DNA of 64,000 bases from Eledone cirrhosa (GCA_964016885.1 OZ024742.1:119226001-119290000), one strand, 5' to 3'. Counted from the stretch's first letter, positions 1-12,934 are shown. Program-made: numbers and translations. The notes: a model not told the origin generated them from the letters alone.

Positions 1-458
1 GCATCCTTTCTGTTCGTCCGGTAACAAGTTGTTTGTGTGGAGGTGATGGTAGATTTCCTCAGACATAATGCTTGTCAACAGTTTCCACATTACGGACAGA
101 CATGTGATAGGTCTATAGTTGGTAACATCATTACCCTTGATTCGGTCTTTCATTATCAGAACTGTGGTACCTTTTGTCAACCACTCTGGCACCTCACCTG
201 ACATCAAGCAGTCATTGAACATGGTTGTCAGTTTCGGGTGGAGGGATGTTATATTTTTAATCCAATACCCCTGTACACCATCTGGGCCTGGTGATTTCCA
301 GTTGGTTAGTTTTTTGGCCTGCCCCTTAAGAGTTTCAACTGTGATACTCAAATCAGTTTGTTGGTGTGCCTGTTCACTAATCTCCTTCTGTACTGTCTCA
401 ATCCACACTGCCTGGTGTTTAACATCCTGCTCCCATATTCCTTTCCAGAATGTTTTAG

Positions 459-462
<4 letters not shown>
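1..462 (-). mobile_element. 5'-truncated R4/Dong-clade non-LTR retrotransposon, N-terminal part of the RT, running off the window start
   Basis: Manual minus-strand translation is open: ...FWKGIWEQ...NWKSPGPDGVQGYWIK...PEWLTKGTTVLIMKD...NYRPITCLSVMWKLLTSI...LLPDEQKGC. The 5' junction abuts (TAA)n, the known Dong target. Confidence 0.85.

Positions 463-531
<69 letters not shown>
463..531. repeat. (TTA/TAA)n microsatellite
   Basis: Direct reading. Confidence 0.98.
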
Positions 532-532
<1 letters not shown>

Positions 533-750
533 GAATATTGTGTTTATAATTACTATTATTTTTATCTACATATTCAATATTATTTTTATATCCTGCTTTA
601 TGTAACGCTTCATTATAGTATCCAGCATTAGTATTAAAAATAGATTTGTTAGCAGATAATCTAGTTATACTTTGTTGAACACTATTGACTATTAACACTT
701 TTAGGATGATTAGAATAAAAACTAACATAATTTAGGTTTTCATTAGATTA
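532..750 (-). mobile_element. Penelope-like element RT C-terminal/linker fragment
   Basis: Peptide ITRLSANKSIFNTNAGYYNEALHKAGY matches RISNLSSYQDVFDKNASFYNEALARSGH in the GIY-YIG-linked copy at ~34.9 kb. Confidence 0.65.
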
Positions 751-763
751 AATATATATATTG

Positions 764-1077
<314 letters not shown>

Positions 1078-1160
1078 AATCTTAGACAGGAACAAACACA
1101 GAGAGGCAGTACAAATATGAGTTTATTAGGTTCACGCTTTTGAGAGTGGGGGGTGGGGAA

Positions 1161-1189
1161 CGACGTTTCTGGCATAAGCCCTTCATCAG
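1161..1189 (-). ncRNA. Minimal Penelope-type hammerhead core
   Basis: CTGATGA-AGGGC-TTAT-GCCA-GAAA-CG-TC with palindromic ACGT in stem III. Stem I is poorly supported. Confidence 0.55.
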
Positions 1190-1873
1190 GAGAAAAGTAG
1201 GTAGGAAGAGAGTTCCGAGGGTGTGTAGGGGAGTGGTGGAAAGACATAAAAAAGGGAGGGGGGGGGGAGATAAGGGAGGATAAACGATTTTAGAAGTACA
1301 AATACAAATAAAAATAGACATAAAAATAAACAAGTGGTGGAAGGGTGCGAGGCGTGTAGGGGTGATGGCGGGTGGAGTTGGGAGAGGGAGGCGGGCTCCG
1401 AGCGGGGCGGGCTGAAGGTGGTGTTTGTGTATGTGCGTAGGTGTACATGAGTGTGTGTGTGTATGTGAATGTGAGAGTTGGGGGAAGAACGAGGTTCCAT
1501 GTTCAGGTAAAGGGGAACCGCTGTGTACGTGGGTGGGGTGTAAGTCGGTGTGTGCGTGCGTGTGGATGGAGAGGGGTCAGAGGAGTGGGGGAGGGGAGGG
1601 GGGCGTGTGGATTCCGGAGGCTGAGTGTGTATATGTGGGGATACGCACGTGTGTGTTTGTGTTTATACGTGGTGTGGATGTAGGTGGCGTGGTTCGAAAA
1701 TAAATGTGAGTGTTTGTTCGTGGGTTTGTTCCTAAAGTAGATCCGGTGGAGTGTGCGATAAGATGTTGAATATTTCTCATGTTACAGAGTGGATAGCTGG
1801 AACAATGACCGGTGGTGTGTGCGTGTAAGAAAATGAGGGTTTCTTAAATGAAAAAAAACCGGATGTCCTAGAC

Positions 1874-2592
1874 CACAGGTTCTCAACCCATTTAGGCCAA
1901 ACGCCCCCTTTTGTCCCTCGAAATCACGAAACGCCCCCCTTCCCACCCTATTTTTCCATTTTTAAATATACTACTGATTTTTATATCAGTAGATTACTAA
2001 AAAATTGATTAACAATATTCCAAAGATGTGTGTATTATCTGATTATGTGTTGTATGTGGTCCTAGATGTGTGTGCTACCCGCTCCTGTTTTTTCTTTTCT
2101 TGTTTTTATTTGTAATATTATTTATACAATAGGGAAAACAATAGATCTACATAGTGTTAACTCGTTACGGTTGAGTCAATAATTTCAGACATGAAATACA
2201 TTGTTATCGGTGAAGGAAAGATAAGATTCTAACTGGCTGCGCTCAAAGTGTCTTTGACGCAGTTGACTGTGGGTTTTCCATTTTTAGGATCTCAATTACC
2301 GGTTAACGTCTCAATTACCGGACATGCCTGCACACCTGCTCACAGCTGCGGTCAGACTGTAGTTATGCTGTCTGCAAGCTCATTGAAATGCATTCACACT
2401 GGCTGTCTGAAAGACATACAAATATGGCTTATAAAACTTACCAAAATAAAGAGCCTTCCAGCGCCCCCTAACCCCCTCCCCCAACTCTAAATGCCCCCCT
2501 AACGCGACTTTGCTCACAAACGTCCCCCCCCGGAGTTCTGAAACGCCCCCCCCCCCCCCGGGGGTGCATATACCCCCCGTTGAGAACGTTTG
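1874..2592. mobile_element. Non-autonomous hAT (Charlie-like) DNA transposon
   Basis: 8-bp TSD TCCTAGAC at 1866-1873 and 2593-2600. Imperfect TIRs CACAGGTTCTCAAC / GTTGAGAACGTTTG. An empty-site paralog lies at ~10510-10530. Confidence 0.85.
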
Positions 2593-2655
2593 TCCTAGAC
2601 GAATGAAAGTATAAGGAAAAGAAATCGAAAATGCAGCTTGAGTTTTTTTAAGAAT

Positions 2656-2820
2656 ATTTATTTGTTTCCTTTACCGCTTTCACAGTTCTTATGCTTTTCA
2701 AAAGTAGAATTGAGATGGAGGGTTTGTAGTTTTTCTCACGAAAACCCCCACAAACTTCCGTCTCAATTCTACTTTTGAAAAGCATAATAACTGTGAAGCC
2801 GATAAAGGAAACAAATAAAT
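2656..2820. repeat. Fold-back with two decayed U3-A8 hammerheads (2668-2704 minus, 2772-2808 plus); same family as 10537-10820
   Basis: Inverted arms around ~2738. Plus copy reads TTGAAAA-GCA-TAATAAC-TGT-GAAG-CCGA-TA-AAGG. Confidence 0.75.
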
Positions 2821-2976
2821 AAACAAATAGTTAAAATTATGCATTTAGGCAAAACATACATTGGAATTTTTTTTGTGTGTGTGCGTGCGTGTGTGTGTAT
2901 TTGTGTTTGAGTGTGTGTATGTATATATATGTTTGTGTATGTGCACATATAAATACACACACACTCAAACACAAAT

Positions 2977-3079
<103 letters not shown>

Positions 3080-3345
3080 ATCCTAATGTATAAAATACTT
3101 GAAAAGAAATCGGTGATAGAACCCTTTGAATCGGAAATAAGTTGGCTCAACTTATAATAGAACAGATATATATATTCAAGCATAGCGTTATACAAATATG
3201 TATAACGCTATGTTTGAATATGTATATCTATTATATTAAAAGTTCGCTTCATATGCAAATAAGATAAATCACCTCATTTACACAGACGAGAAAACTATAT
3301 ATTCTCGACTGTTTTCAAGTCCAGCAGTTGCATGCGGTGGGAGGG

Positions 3346-3389
3346 ACCGTCCTGAAGAAGGCCAGTCAAGCCTGAAATGCATAGACGGT
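3346..3389 (+). ncRNA. Type I hammerhead ribozyme, intact core
   Basis: ACCGTC-CTGAAGA-AGGC-CAGTCAA-GCCT-GAAA-TGCA-TA-GACGGT. Stem I is 6 bp, stem II 4 bp, stem III is palindromic ATGCAT. An outer stem GTCCAGCAG/CTGCTGGAC encloses it. Confidence 0.9.
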
Positions 3390-3545
3390 TGTCCCCCTTG
3401 CTTCTGCTGGACATCACCAGAGGGCGTTAGCTCCGGTGTTTGCATAGCTACGGCTTCCTAAAACCATGTTTCTTTAGAAATACGAAATTTCTATACATAT
3501 TTGTATAACGCTATGCTTGAAGCGAAATCCTATTTCTAATATATA

Positions 3546-3598
<53 letters not shown>

Positions 3599-3601
<3 letters not shown>

Positions 3602-4363
3602 AGTGGAAGCTTAGTAAAATCGAAGCTTTGGCTGTAGCAAAGTCGACTTAGGAATGAGTAGCAAAGCACTCAATAAGGGTAGGCCCTTAGAGTAATAACA
3701 TTACGTTTAAATAGCTTGACAAATTGAAAATTGCGGTAGGCAAAACCCAACCATACAATACCAAAACAGCGAAAGAACTAATCAGGTTAAAACAACAGAC
3801 CTGGACAGATCGAACGATATTCTGCAATACGTCCAATAGGTTTCTATGAATTTCGAAATAATCAATCCAACTTACGTAACACGTAAGCTTGTGGTATTCC
3901 ATAATCGAACAGGGGACTCACTTCATCGACAGGCATTTCGTTCTTTTGCCTCAAGCGGGTGTCAACTTGACTCCATGCGACTACCACAATAGACAGCCTT
4001 CAATCATTTCGTTGTCACGTGTTATTTCCAACAAGGGAAGCAACCCCCAGTTTTTGGCGGGTAAATTCGAAATGTTAACAAAGGAAAATAAATTTCGCTC
4101 AACATTCCGAATAAAAGCTCTCAACCAGATGTTATTCAACAAACACAAATAATTAACCAATCAACAGAATTGTCTAATTAAATTAATTAATTAATTATCA
4201 TGTCTAGGAGATAATAATACAAGTGGAAGTTTAGTAAAATCGAAGCTTTGGCTGTAGCCAAGCAAAGTCGGCCTACAATATGAATGAGTAGCAAAGCACT
4301 CAATAAGGGTAGGTCCTTAGAGTAATAACATTACGTTTAAATAGCTTGACAAATTGAAAATTG
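3599..4363. repeat. ~135-bp direct repeats (3599-3733 and 4219-4363) bracketing a unique segment; pLTR-like
   Basis: Near-identical CAAGTGGAAG...GACAAATTGAAAATTG copies, starting at a (TA)n run. Confidence 0.8.
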
Positions 4364-4424
4364 TCAAGGACTAGTGTCAGAAACGCTAATATTCACTTCC
4401 TGTGTCATATATATAATATGTGAA

Positions 4425-4712
4425 AATGCATGGTTTAGTGGTTAGAGCGTTGGGCTTGCAATCGGGGGCTTGTGAGTTCGATTCTAGGATGGCGTTGTTT
4501 CCTTCAGCAATACTCTTTATTTTACGTTTCTCCATTTCCCTCAGCTGTAGAAATGAGTTGCGACGTCACTGGTGCCAAGTTGTATCGGCCATTGCAACAT
4601 CATGCATGGGCGACTACTGGTCTTTCACAAACACACCTTGGCCAGGCTTGTACCTAGGAGGGGAACTTTCCAGGTACAAAACTATGGTGATTCGTGACCG
4701 AAGGGGGCATAC
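4425..4712 (+). mobile_element. tRNA-derived SINE
   Basis: A-box TGGTTTAGTGG and B-box GTTCGATTC. Confidence 0.7.
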
Positions 4713-5599
4713 CATATAATATATATACAGCAGGTTTCCGCAAAGTCTCCATCTAGCAGATTTCCTTCTCAAGGCATTGGTCAACCCGAGTTTATACTCG
4801 AAGTCACTTGCTTAAGGTCCCACGCGGTCTTCATGAACCTGAAACCACGTAAACAATTACAATATGTGTATTATCTGCGCAGTTTCATAAAAGAATAAAA
4901 ATAATTTCAGAGAAATACAATACTTATGGCTAATGGGTGCCACGGGTGTCACAGATGATTTGACACAAGCCGACTTTTTAAAATAGGTTTTTCCTAGAGG
5001 GCATTATAATTTAGATATCTCTAACATCTATGCTATTGTAGTTCTTAGGAAATTTTAGGCCACTATATAATAGATGTTTGGATATAGAAGGACGAAGTTA
5101 GACAATGTCGAATTGAGTAAATCTATAAATGTACTTTTTTTGTAAAATTTTAATCCTCTCACAGATTTATCTGAATAAATTAACCTGAATTTAGGATTAG
5201 AAACGAAGTTTTCTCTTATGATCCTGAAATGTTATAAACAGTTGACATTTAGTTAAATTTTCTCTTGTCTAGTTGCATACTTTTTATATTTGCGTTTTAT
5301 ATTTTTCGAATTTGCGTAATGTTCGATAGCTGTTGGGTAGTCTCTTATCGATTTTATATATTTTTCAGGTTTTGTTTAAAAAATAAATTGGTGGTTTTTG
5401 AAACATTTTTTTCAATTTGTTGAATATCAAATTTGTTCTGTTTTGGTGGCGTCATTATAGTCACGGAATGTTATATTCGCTATTAGTATTCAACGACACA
5501 CCAGAGTGTTGGCTAAAAACTTTTGTTGTTTACGAATGATATACCTAACGTACACTTTAAAGTTTCAAACACACGCTGTTTCATGCATCACTAATTATA

Positions 5600-6066
5600 T
5601 ACACATACATAATATATACATACGTACATACATACATACGTATATACATACATGCATACATACGTATGCATACAAGTATACATGCATACATGCATGCATA
5701 CATACATATATACATTATACTACGTACATACATGCATAGATACATAATATACATACATACATACATACATACATACATACATACATACATACATACATAC
5801 ATACATACATACATACATACATACATAACATACATTATACATCAACGCGACCAGTCACACTTATGGCGTGGGAGACTATTCATTAAATTTAAGATGAATA
5901 TTATATCCGACAGTAATGCTACAACTACATACATAATAGATATACACACACATACACCATACATAAATACATACTTACTTACATACATACATAACATACA
6001 TAATACATACATACATACGTATTCATACATGCATGCATACATACCTAACATACATAATACATACAT
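5600..6066. repeat. Degenerate (TACA)n array containing an R4-family 5'-end fragment (5840-5930)
   Basis: 5840-5930 is a diverged duplicate of 6322-6410. Confidence 0.8.
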
Positions 6067-6318
6067 AAAAATATGTAAAACATTCCCAAAATTCTGCATC
6101 TAATAACTCCATGTAGACGTAGAGATACAAAGCATATGCATATGCACACATACAATTCAAAACGTCCACACCCACACATACATTAACATCCATACCTGCA
6201 CACACATGCATACATATCTACTTAGATGATGTTGTGTAAATTCCAATGAGAGAGTCTTGTCAGAAGCCGACTCTCTCTCTATTGGTAAAAATTTATAAAA
6301 TTATAAAACCAGAAGAAC
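6067..6318 (+). mobile_element. 3' end of a (TACA)n-associated R4/Dong-clade LINE
   Basis: Encodes KICKTFPKFCI* and ends AAAACCAGAAGAACATACAT. Homologous to 36088-36350 on the minus strand. Confidence 0.85.
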
Positions 6319-6321
6319 ATA

Positions 6322-8517
6322 CATCAACATGACAAGACACACACATGGCATGGGACACTATTCATTAAATTTAAGATGAATATTATATCTGACAGTAATG
6401 CCACAACTACCAGCCGTGTTGAATAATTGTATATTCTTCTAACTACACTCACTGAAGACACCTTTTATTCGCTTTCGTAGAGAAATCCTACTAAATACGA
6501 AATACTAAATTCATTTTACAAGGATTTGCATACAAGCAGCATGACTGAACACTACATCAACATCAACAACATTAGTGGAGATCCGGGGTAAAACAACAAC
6601 GAGAAAGGTTAACAATATTTTTAGTTGTAGTTACAGAAGGAATTATGAATGGCCTTTTTCTTGGAGCTATGAACTTAATAACGATTTATCTAATTGTTAT
6701 ATGTTGGCTATATGAACAGAATGAAGCTATACTGAGACGAAATAAATCCAGAGCTAAATCAATTCACAGCCAAACAATTACGCCAACAAGCAACGTTTGT
6801 TGAACGTGAAAATAACATGAATATTATTCGTTCCAAGTCGCCCAGATCGAACATGCAATCAAAAACACGTGTTACAGGCCGCCATGTTACTAGACTTTCT
6901 ATTAGCCAGGCCACCATGTTACTAGACTTTCTAGCAGCCAGGCCCCCATGTTACTGGACTTTCTAGCAATCAGGCCACCATGTTACTGGACTTTCTAGCA
7001 GCCAGGCCACCATGTTACTAGACTTTCTAGCAGTCAGGCTGACCATCAACAAACAACAGCAATACAGAAACAGTTCCCTGAAACAACGATGCCGGTAAGA
7101 AATTTGACACCACATGTATCAACTGATTTTACCTCGACTGCTGTGGAATCTCACTGCCACATTGATTAACATCAAAACACTGTCAATAATAGGTCTGCCA
7201 TTAGTAGGGGAAATCAAGAGTATAAACAAGTGAAATATACACCCAACAAAACTTTCCAGCGAGAAATTAATTCGTGTATAGACAACAAAATGAAACCAAA
7301 TAATGAAATTGGGGGTGGATATTTGCGACGAATTGAAGTCCCTACATTTTGGAAAATCAACGTCTGTTTATTTTCCCTGGCAACGACATTGAAACATTAT
7401 TTTGTTGATAACAGAAATGTTATCAAAAACAAAGCACCACAAAAATTGCCATCATATATTACTAAAATAGTAAAAAAAGATTGCTGACCTTCGGAAAACT
7501 ATAGGATATGTGACAATGCTCTCCACATGCAAACAAAAACAAGAAAATCTACACTCCTCACCAACAAAGAGTGAAAAATAAAATAGAAACGAAGTTTGGA
7601 GACAGTTACAACCCGAACTCTTCAATACAAGCTGATCACCACTCAAACAAGAATTGAAAGCTGCCAGACAGAGAAACTTCGATACCAGAAGAGGGTGGTT
7701 AAAAGAAAAATAATTAAAAAAAGATTCAGCTGAAACCAAATATCTGTTTATAGAAATATGAAGGAAAAAGTAATAAAATCATCGAGGCCCCATCCCAGAA
7801 AGACAAAGATTTATTATGGAGAAACATATAGGGTGGAGAGAAGAAATTCAACCAAGATGTGTGGCTGAAAGAGATCCCAAAGAATTACTGCCCCTACACT
7901 ACAACAAAAGCATATAGCATGTATGATGATACCTTTGAGACTGTTTGGAAAATTCCAAGATAAGAAAACACTACGAAGAGACTTGATTGTCAGCTACTGG
8001 TACAGCAAACTGACATTTTATCGGATATATCTTATCAACCTCTATCAGCAAGCTCTCTAGGGAAACACAAATGGGATAAAAACCTTGACCTGGTTACGAC
8101 GTTCTCGAAAGATATAGGAATGGAGTATGGCCAGGATAAGTGTTCATATATGATTGTAAAGCGAGGAAAGGCTACAAACCAATCTAGCAACATTTTTATC
8201 AATGGCCTAACTGTTTCACCGATATCTGACGAGGACTGCTACAGATACCTAGGGATATATAAGAATATATCTTATGATGGTATTTGTAACAAGGAACGTG
8301 TAACCGGGGAATATTACACCCGATTAAGAAAAATATGGTCATCTAAAATTTCTGCACACAATAAAACGATGGTTCATAATGTGTTTGCTGTGCCTGTCCT
8401 AACACCAACTTTTGGAATACTCGATTGGACGATAGATGAAATCCGATCTATCGATATTAAAACCCGAAAAATCTTAAATAACACTGGAAATTTTCACATC
8501 TACACTAATATGGACCG

Positions 8518-8520
<3 letters not shown>
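6322..8520 (+). mobile_element. Decayed, internally deleted R4/Dong-clade LINE (5' region to RT thumb)
   Basis: 8080-8520 encodes FSKDIGMEYGQDKC...YRYLGI...RLRKIWSSK...AVPVLTPTFGILDWT...IDIKTRK...MDRL. It starts in tandem right after the previous 3' end. Confidence 0.75.
6875..7040. repeat. 32-bp tandem repeat x5
   Basis: CAGGCCACCATGTTACTRGACTTTCTAGCAGC at 6875, 6907, 6939, 6971 and 7003. Confidence 0.95.
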
Positions 8521-8567
<47 letters not shown>

Positions 8568-9116
8568 TATGTGTCTACCATATAGATTGTGTTTCAAGTA
8601 TGCACGTGTTATTTACGTGTGTAATGCAAAAAACAATGTGAATAGTTTGTATAATGATTCCGCGTATAAGTTAGAATGCCTGAAATTTGTGTGTGTGTAT
8701 GTACGTGTGTGTTTATTTATGTGTGTGTTCGGGTGTGTCAATCCATGTGTGTGTATTGGTATCTGTCCATGCTAATCAGTCCATGCTAATGTGTCTATAC
8801 ATAGGTACGACTAAGTTTCAAAGGGGCTTTCATTCATTTCATTCATTTCATTCGTAATGGTGGCTAATCAAGAGCCGAATTGTGTTTGCAAGGTAATATC
8901 GTGCAATTACTATTGTTTCGTTTTTAAACCGGAGTGACCAATCAAGTCACAACTTCAGTTTGAAGAGATAGGATCTGTTCGAACGATAAATATATATGTT
9001 CACATGTGTTTGATCCTATTTTTCCGAGTTGTTTCAGTTCTATATAGACTATATAGACTAATATAGCGCCTCTAAATGCCATAATTTGGTGTTAACTGTT
9101 TATTGAACACGTAAAG

Positions 9117-9207
<91 letters not shown>

Positions 9208-9257
9208 AAATAAAGTAAAATGAAAAGTCAAATGTTTAAAATTTAGCTTCGTTTATT

Positions 9258-9312
9258 ACTGCTATATATATTTCGGTGACAGCCATCTTTGGCTGTGACC
9301 TCTTCAGGCAGT
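9258..9312 (-). ncRNA. Type I hammerhead ribozyme, intact core
   Basis: ACTGC-CTGAAGA-GGTCACAGCCA-AAGA-TGGCTGTCACC-GAAA-TATATA-TA-GCAGT. Confidence 0.9.
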
Positions 9313-9315
9313 CCT

Positions 9316-9515
9316 NNNNNNNNNNNNNNNNNNNNNNNNNNNNNNNNNNNNNNNNNNNNNNNNNNNNNNNNNNNNNNNNNNNNNNNNNNNNNNNNNNNNN
9401 NNNNNNNNNNNNNNNNNNNNNNNNNNNNNNNNNNNNNNNNNNNNNNNNNNNNNNNNNNNNNNNNNNNNNNNNNNNNNNNNNNNNNNNNNNNNNNNNNNNN
9501 NNNNNNNNNNNNNNN
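9316..9515. other. Assembly gap (200 N)
   Basis: Run of N. Confidence 1.
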
Positions 9516-9971
9516 TAGCGAGAATCGAATTTCAGCTCAGGAATTAACGAAAAACACTTCCGAGTTGTGTGGCAAGCGCTCGATAATTCATATGAATTAG
9601 AGCTACAACATACGTTAAAGGCCAAACACACTGAGATGGTGGTTAAACTAATCATCCGCACAGCGAAAAAACGATCAATTTATTCGGGTCAAGCAAATAT
9701 AAAAATATAAAAATATAAAAATATATAAAAATATATATGATTGAAAATTTACCCGGACCCCTGGAGAGATAGTAAAATCCAGTATTTGGGTTTCTGCGGC
9801 TCCATAAGTCATTTACTGTCCGCTTACATAAAGGATGTTAGGCTTCTGGCAAGATGACTGAACAAGGAAGTCACGATATCAACGGGTTTTTACTCAATAC
9901 TATACATAAGTTTGTCTGTTACTGACCCCATATATATATATATATATATATAGAAAGAGAGAGAGAGAGAA

Positions 9972-10046
<75 letters not shown>

Positions 10047-10434
10047 AAAATAAATCGTTTCGAAAAAGCAAACAGATAAAGGTAAGTGAAGAAGTTATTA
10101 CAGCTCAAAATCTGAGATTTATTACAGTAAACTACTCAGAAGTTTAAATACAATTCTACTTCTATGATCTCCTTATTTCAGATGTTCATAGAGCAAATAT
10201 TACATTGAAAAGAAGACCGAAGACTCTTAATTATATTATATCTTAATTAACAATCTTTGGTCTTCTTTTCAATGTTATATATATTTATCACATATAGTTA
10301 ATAAATGAAGCAAACAAAATACAGAAGGCAATTTTACAGTTATATAAGGTTCACGCTTGGTGGATGTGATATATATATATATATATATATATATCGTTTC
10401 TGAATTTGTTTAGCAAATGACCCTCCCAAAGTAT

Positions 10435-10480
<46 letters not shown>

Positions 10481-10609
10481 GTGAGGTTTTTTTTACAAAA
10501 TGAAAAATAACCGGTGTCCTACACGAGTGAAAGTGTAAAGAAAAAGAGATGAAATCGAAAATGCAACTGGAGTCTTATTTTTAAAAAAAATATATATATT
10601 TATTTGGTT

Positions 10610-10647
10610 CCTTTACCGGTTTCGCAGTTCTTCTGCTTTTCAAAAGG
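10610..10647 (-). ncRNA. Minimal type I hammerhead, U3-A8 core variant
   Basis: Exact reverse complement of 10710-10747. Confidence 0.85.
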
Positions 10648-10709
10648 TGAGTTGAGATGGAGGGTCTGTGGTTTTTCTCGAAAAACCACAGACCCTCCAT
10701 CTCAACTCA

Positions 10710-10747
10710 CCTTTTGAAAAGCAGAAGAACTGCGAAACCGGTAAAGG
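10710..10747 (+). ncRNA. Minimal type I hammerhead, U3-A8 core variant
   Basis: CCTT-TTGAAAA-GCAG-AAGAA-CTGC-GAAA-CCGG-TA-AAGG. Palindromic ACCGGT stem III and a GUA cleavage site. Confidence 0.85.
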
Positions 10748-10816
10748 AACCAAATAAATATATATATTTAAAAAAAAAATAAGACTCCAGTTGAATTTTC
10801 GATTTCATCTCTTTTT

Positions 10817-10910
<94 letters not shown>

Positions 10911-11251
10911 TATATATAATATATATATATATATAATATATATATATATAATATAATATATATATATATAATATATATTATATATATATAAAAACATGAG
11001 AAGAATTGAGTGTTGCGTGGTTGCACATGGGTTACATATGAAAAAATTAGTCCTTCATCAGTGATTTTCCAACCTTCATTGGTATTTCATCGCTTTAAAA
11101 ATCATATACCTCCAGTTGGTGCGAGCAATAGCTAAATAAAGCTATTGGGACAAGTAAATCGCGTAAAGCGAGTGAGACAAGTAAACAAACATATAAGGAT
11201 AGCAACGGAAAGATAGGAAGAAACAAGCACATGATATCCGTTCAGCTTAAG

Positions 11252-11284
11252 CTCTCTCGCCCATGAATTTCATGGGCGAGAGAG
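11252..11284. repeat. 16-bp-arm palindrome
   Basis: CTCTCTCGCCCATGAA-T-TTCATGGGCGAGAGAG. Confidence 0.9.
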
Positions 11285-11321
11285 ACAGCAGACCGTCCGA
11301 CGCGAGTGAGGTGTGAGCGAG

Positions 11322-11362
<41 letters not shown>

Positions 11363-11408
11363 ATAAGAAACGGAGAATCAGTGGTGCGACGAATTAAAAT
11401 TTATTAGA

Positions 11409-11617
<209 letters not shown>

Positions 11618-11707
11618 GCAAATATATGAACACGCGCACAGATATGCGGGTGCACACACACATACATATATATATATGTATGTATATATATATATATATA
11701 TATATAT

Positions 11708-11824
11708 AACGAAGGAAAAGGGGTAAGGAACCAGGTGGACCATAACGCACCAAAGTACTCAATACTTAGGGTAGTAGAGTGGGTAATAGGAACAAGTAAG
11801 ACCCCATGGGGTCTTACTTGTTCC

Positions 11825-11827
<3 letters not shown>
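11708..11827 (-). mobile_element. 3'-terminal piece of the Penelope-like family seen at 32.6 kb, capped by a 42-bp perfect palindrome
   Basis: Aligns by eye to 32625-32711. Palindrome spans 11786-11827. Flanked by (TA)n. Confidence 0.8.
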
Positions 11828-11859
<32 letters not shown>

Positions 11860-11862
11860 TAC

Positions 11863-11968
<106 letters not shown>

Positions 11969-12292
11969 CAGATTAGAGCAAACATCACGAGCGCTCTATC
12001 TCAAAATTATTTTTGAAAAGCATTAGAAATGCGCAACCGGTAAAATCTTAAAACTAAAACTGAATACTAACCAATACTTATTACTAATTTATACTTATTC
12101 CTAATTAAACTATTTTTCACTGGGAAAAATTTGTCAGCATTTTCTTTTCCTTTTACTAATATATATATATATATATAAGAGCGGTGCCCCAGCATGTCCT
12201 CAGCCGATGGCTGGAACAGGTAAAAGAGTATATATATATATATGTATATTTATATGTATATATATATGTATATATGTATGCGCGTGTTCATA

Positions 12293-12349
<57 letters not shown>

Positions 12350-12374
12350 ACATATGTATACATATATATATAGA

Positions 12375-12507
12375 TATTTTATTAAGGCTAAATAGTGCGT
12401 CTTGTTAATCTGGAGTTTCGCCTGTTTACCAAAGAGTCATCAGTCAACATGTGATAAACAGGCGAAACTCCAGGGTTATAAGATTCACTAATTAGCCTTA
12501 ATAAAAT
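12375..12507. repeat. Imperfect fold-back containing a decayed hammerhead-like motif
   Basis: Arms CTGGAGTTTCGCCTGTTTA / TAAACAGGCGAAACTCCAG. The minus strand has CTGATGA...CAGGC-GAAA-CTCCAG. Confidence 0.6.
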
Positions 12508-12595
12508 AATATTAAAACTCTACTTCGGTATTGAGTACTCCTTTGTCTCAGCCGTCAACCACATACGGATCTATCTATCTATCTATCTATCTATC

Positions 12596-12644
<49 letters not shown>

Positions 12645-12759
12645 ATAACGAAGGAAGTGTGGACAGCAATATGGTGAATTAGCATGATCTCATTTCGATC
12701 CTAGTTAGGAAATCTTCAGAAACCAATCCTTGTGTATATATATATATATATATATATAT

Positions 12760-12823
<64 letters not shown>

Positions 12824-12835
12824 TTTATAGAAGGA

Positions 12836-12884
12836 GCTTCTACAGGACTAGTACTGTTTCATTCAGATGAAATCTTCAGGAAGC
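12836..12884 (-). ncRNA. Type I hammerhead ribozyme, intact core
   Basis: GCTTC-CTGAAGA-T-TTC-ATCT-GAA-T-GAAA-CAG-TACTAGTC-CTG-TA-GAAGC. Confidence 0.85.
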
Positions 12885-12886
12885 CA

Positions 12887-12934
12887 TTTCCTGAAGATTT
12901 CATCTGAATGAAACAGTACTAGTCCTGTAGAAGC
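12887..12934 (+). ncRNA. Type I hammerhead, inverted twin of 12836-12884
   Basis: Right arm of the fold-back spanning 12822-12948. Confidence 0.8.

Larger units (their letters stand above)
10537..10820. repeat. Near-perfect ~140-bp-arm fold-back in a (TA)n-flanked element
   Basis: Arms are reverse-complementary about 10678-10679. Confidence 0.95.

Noticed and set aside
11035-11065. CTGATGAAGGAC on the minus strand, and CTGATGAGGGAC at ~13286 on the plus strand, as hammerheads
   Set aside because: There is no stem II partner or GAAA, so these are at most remnants.
12683-12722. Minus-strand CTGAAGA-TTTCCT-AACT-AGGATC-GAAA-TGAGATCA-TG
   Set aside because: It is hammerhead-like, but position 17 is G and stem I is unsupported. 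Not called.
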